Assembly (NCBI GenBank): GCA_963422735.1
Contig: OY730476.1
Coordinates: 1,184,001 to 1,248,000 of the forward strand
Direction: 5' to 3'
DNA from: Candidatus Latescibacterota bacterium
GTDB lineage: Bacteria > Latescibacterota > UBA2968 > UBA8231
Length of the DNA stretch: 64,000 bases
Part shown: positions 61,340 to 64,000 of the stretch, piece after piece
Layout of the letters: every line of letters begins with the position of its first letter
Position numbering within the stretch: the stretch's first letter is position 1
Translations under genes and position numbers: made by a program
Notes under the pieces: model-generated
Database searches by the model: none
The model's input: only the letters and a program-made list of their open reading frames with translations
What the model was told of the DNA's origin: nothing

Positions 61340-62518
61340 ATGTCCACTAACTGCCTCATGTCCCTTATCCTCGCCCTGCTGCTGACGGCTTGTTCTAAGA
61401 GCACCGGCCCGGATAGCAGCCCGCAAGCCCTCTGCACAGATGTGCCCGGCACCATCTGCACTTGGGCCGGCACGGGCGAAGCCGGCTTCAATGGCGACGG
61501 CCAGCCGCTGCTGGCCTCCTCCCTCTACTGGCCCATCGATCTTACCTTCGCCCCCTCGGGCCGGATCTACCTCCTCGACTGGAACAACCACCGCGTGCGC
61601 CGCGTGACCCCGGAGGGCACTCTCGTCACCGTCATTGGCACGGACTTCGTCGGCGACGGCCCCTACGACGAATCCGACCAAGTGCCTCCTGGTGCGCCCG
61701 GCACCGAGGTCCACCTCAACCATCCGACCCATCTTCTACCACTGGCCAACGGGACGCTGCTGCTAACCGCTTGGCACAATCACAAGCTGCGCCTCTACGA
61801 CCCGCAGACCGGGCTTGTCCAAGTCATCTGCGGGGCAGGCCCGGGGTTTGCCGGCGACGGCGGTCCGGCCCGCGATGCACTCCTAAGCCAGCCGCCGCAG
61901 ACGGTCTTAGGCCCTGACGGCGGGCTGTACATCCTCGACCAGCGCAATCAACGAGTGCGCAAAATAGATCCCGACGGCATTATCACTACCGTCGTAGGCA
62001 CCGGCGCGGCCGGATTTGCCGGCGATGGCGGCAGCCCGCGCGACGCCCAACTACACATGCCCGCCGGGGCCAACCCGCCGCCGGCCGGGGGCTTGACTTT
62101 TGGTCCGCAGGGCCGACTCTATATTGCCGACGCCCTCAACCACCGCATCCGCCGCGTTGACTTCGACCGCGGGCGGATCGAAACGGTGGCTGGCACGGGC
62201 GCGACGAATTTCTCCGGCGATGGCGGACCGGCCCTCGGCACAGCCTTCAACAACCCGCGCGACTTGGCCTTTGGTCCCGATGGCCGGCTCTACATTGCCG
62301 ACGAATTTAACCACCGCATCCGCGCCCTCGATCTAGCGACCAGCACCATTGAGACCGTTGTCGGCAGCGGCGAAGAAGGCTTTGCTGGCGACGGCGGACC
62401 GGCCATCAGTGCAGCTCTCAACCGACCGGCCGGGCTCGACTTTGACCCGCTGGGCCGACTCTATGTCGCCGACACATACAACCACCGCATCCGCCGCGTC
62501 GTCTTGCTAACACCATGA
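61340..62518 (+). CDS. NHL-repeat (teneurin-like) lipoprotein
   Basis: Lipobox LTAC; repeats AGTG..GF.GDGGPA..A.L..P, YIAD..NHRIR. Confidence 0.9.
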   Translation: MSTNCLMSLILALLLTACSKSTGPDSSPQALCTDVPGTICTWAGTGEAGFNGDGQPLLASSLYWPIDLTFAPSGRIYLLDWNNHRVRRVTPEGTLVTVIGTDFVGDGPYDESDQVPPGAPGTEVHLNHPTHLLPLANGTLLLTAWHNHKLRLYDPQTGLVQVICGAGPGFAGDGGPARDALLSQPPQTVLGPDGGLYILDQRNQRVRKIDPDGIITTVVGTGAAGFAGDGGSPRDAQLHMPAGANPPPAGGLTFGPQGRLYIADALNHRIRRVDFDRGRIETVAGTGATNFSGDGGPALGTAFNNPRDLAFGPDGRLYIADEFNHRIRALDLATSTIETVVGSGEEGFAGDGGPAISAALNRPAGLDFDPLGRLYVADTYNHRIRRVVLLTP

Positions 62519-63639
62519 TCTATCTAGCGGTCTTGTTCATCGCCCTGTCCGCCTGTGGGGAAGCACCCACTGGCCCCGGCGGCTCCTACGGACGCATCGA
62601 AACCTTTGCTGGCACCGGCGACGCTGGTCTAGGCCCCGAAAAAGCGTCGCTGCGCCAAGCGCTCTTCTACCTGCCGCAGGACCTGACCTACGGCCCCGAC
62701 GGGCGGCTCTACATCCTCGACTGGAACAACCACCGCGTCCGCGTGGTTGCCAAAGACAGCGTCACCACCCTGATCGGCACCGGCGAACTCGGCGACGCCC
62801 CGGCCGGCCGGGCGCGCGAGATTGGCCTCAACCATCCGACCCACATCTCCTTTGACCCATTCGGACGCCTAGTGCTGTCGGCTTGGCACAATTCGATCAT
62901 CCTGCGCTACGACTTTGCCACCGATTATATCGAGCCGATCTGCGGCACCGGCGAGCGCACCTACAGCGGCGACGGCGGCCCTGCCACCCAAGCGACGGTC
63001 AACCTGCCCAGCTCTACCGCCTTCGACCCGCTCGGACGCATGTACATCTCCGACCAAGAAAACCAGCGCATCCGCAGGGTCGATATAGACGGTGCGATCT
63101 CCACGGTCGTCGGCACGGGCAAGCCGGGCTTTTCTGGCGACGGGGGGCCCGCCGACCAAGCCCGGATATACGCCCCGATAGGCCAAGCGGCCCCCCCCAC
63201 CAGCCGCATCGCCACCGACGAATTCGGCACGCTCTACATCGCCGACACCTTCAACAACCGCATCCGCAAAGTTGACGCAGCGACCGGCATCATCACCACC
63301 ATCGCCGGCAGTGGGGCCTTCCCGCCCATGACCGGCGGCGAGCGCGACGAGGGGGCCGCGGCGATCGACGTTTCGCTCTATTGGCCCTGCGACGTGGCCA
63401 TCGACTCGGAAGGGCGAGTCTTTGTAGCCGACACCTTCAACCACTGCGTACGCCGCATTGACCTCGACGGCACCATACGCACGGTGGCCGGTCAGTGCGG
63501 CAAATCCGGCGACAGCGGCGACGGCGGCCCTCCGCAGGCCGCCCTGCTCAACCGCCCCTACGGCATCGAACTCGACCCGGACGACAACCTCTACATCGCC
63601 GATACGCGCAACCACCGCATCCGCCTAGTGCCAAAATGA
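62515..63639 (+). CDS. NHL-repeat lipoprotein, tandem paralog
   Basis: Lipobox LSAC; same repeats; ATGA overlap. Confidence 0.9.
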   Translation: MIYLAVLFIALSACGEAPTGPGGSYGRIETFAGTGDAGLGPEKASLRQALFYLPQDLTYGPDGRLYILDWNNHRVRVVAKDSVTTLIGTGELGDAPAGRAREIGLNHPTHISFDPFGRLVLSAWHNSIILRYDFATDYIEPICGTGERTYSGDGGPATQATVNLPSSTAFDPLGRMYISDQENQRIRRVDIDGAISTVVGTGKPGFSGDGGPADQARIYAPIGQAAPPTSRIATDEFGTLYIADTFNNRIRKVDAATGIITTIAGSGAFPPMTGGERDEGAAAIDVSLYWPCDVAIDSEGRVFVADTFNHCVRRIDLDGTIRTVAGQCGKSGDSGDGGPPQAALLNRPYGIELDPDDNLYIADTRNHRIRLVPK

Positions 63640-63644
63640 AGACA

Positions 63645-64000
63645 CTACTCGTCGAGATTGCCCTCTATGACAATGCCTCCGGCCACTAGCTGTTCGGCAA
63701 GAATCTGCGCGGACCCGGTCGGCAGGCGAGCGTTGTTGGTGACGATCACGTCGGCCCCCACGTAGCGGACGCCGCGCAACCCGTCCAAGCTTTGCAGCGC
63801 ACCGTTGCTGCTGACTTCCAAAAAGTCTCGCACTCTAGCTAAGTAGTGCAGGCCCGTTAGGCTTTGCAGCGCGTCGTTGAACCAGATGTCCACGCTGCCT
63901 TCGATCTCCACGAGGTGCGGCATGTCCGTCAGGAACGCAAGCGACTCATTGCGGACGAGTGCCAAGCCCCCGCTAACAGAGACCAAATTCTCCAACCCTT
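63645..64000 (-). CDS. Receptor-L-domain-like / leucine-rich repeat protein, C-terminal part (5' end outside window)
   Basis: Repeats L..V.G.L.I..N..LQSL.GL. Confidence 0.7.
   Translation of the reverse strand, partial: GLENLVSVSGGLALVRNESLAFLTDMPHLVEIEGSVDIWFNDALQSLTGLHYLARVRDFLEVSSNGALQSLDGLRGVRYVGADVIVTNNARLPTGSAQILAEQLVAGGIVIEGNLDE

Overview
Bacterial DNA, mostly GC-rich. The gene content (FlgD/T9SS-like C-terminal domain, PhyH dioxygenase, DUF6785 protein, NHL-repeat lipoproteins, L-domain/LRR protein, many TA and R-M remnants) suggests an FCB-group organism such as a Latescibacterota-like, possibly host-associated bacterium; this is inference only. Layout: (1) 1-3.4 kb, decayed R-M/TA fragments and a PhyH gene; (2) 3.5-11.4 kb, cobalamin-riboswitch-controlled B12 uptake operon; (3) 12.0-26.0 kb, an intact, more AT-rich 8-gene operon: Zn-ribbon/propeller protein, membrane-anchored vWA protein, membrane-anchored trypsin-like protease, giant FtsZ/tubulin-like GTPase, atypical Hsp70, GrpE-like coiled coil and a ZorA/ZorB-like (MotA/MotB) ion-motor pair. 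This is the best candidate for an undescribed defence or membrane-surveillance system; (4) glycogen debranching enzyme abutting IS5/IS4 remnants; (5) 28.6-45.7 kb, a two-component system and a partly deleted acyl-transfer/peptide-maturation cluster (GNAT, propeller lipoprotein, truncated ABC, S8 protease-DUF1611 fusion, ACP, BtrH-like protein, MFP and two RND pumps); (6) acs, SDR, manA; (7) decayed defence island with an intact type III Mod; (8) M28-FtsX fusion and DUF6785 protein; (9) NHL and LRR proteins. All family calls come from motif recognition by eye, with no database search. Several single-base frameshifts could be sequencing or assembly errors.
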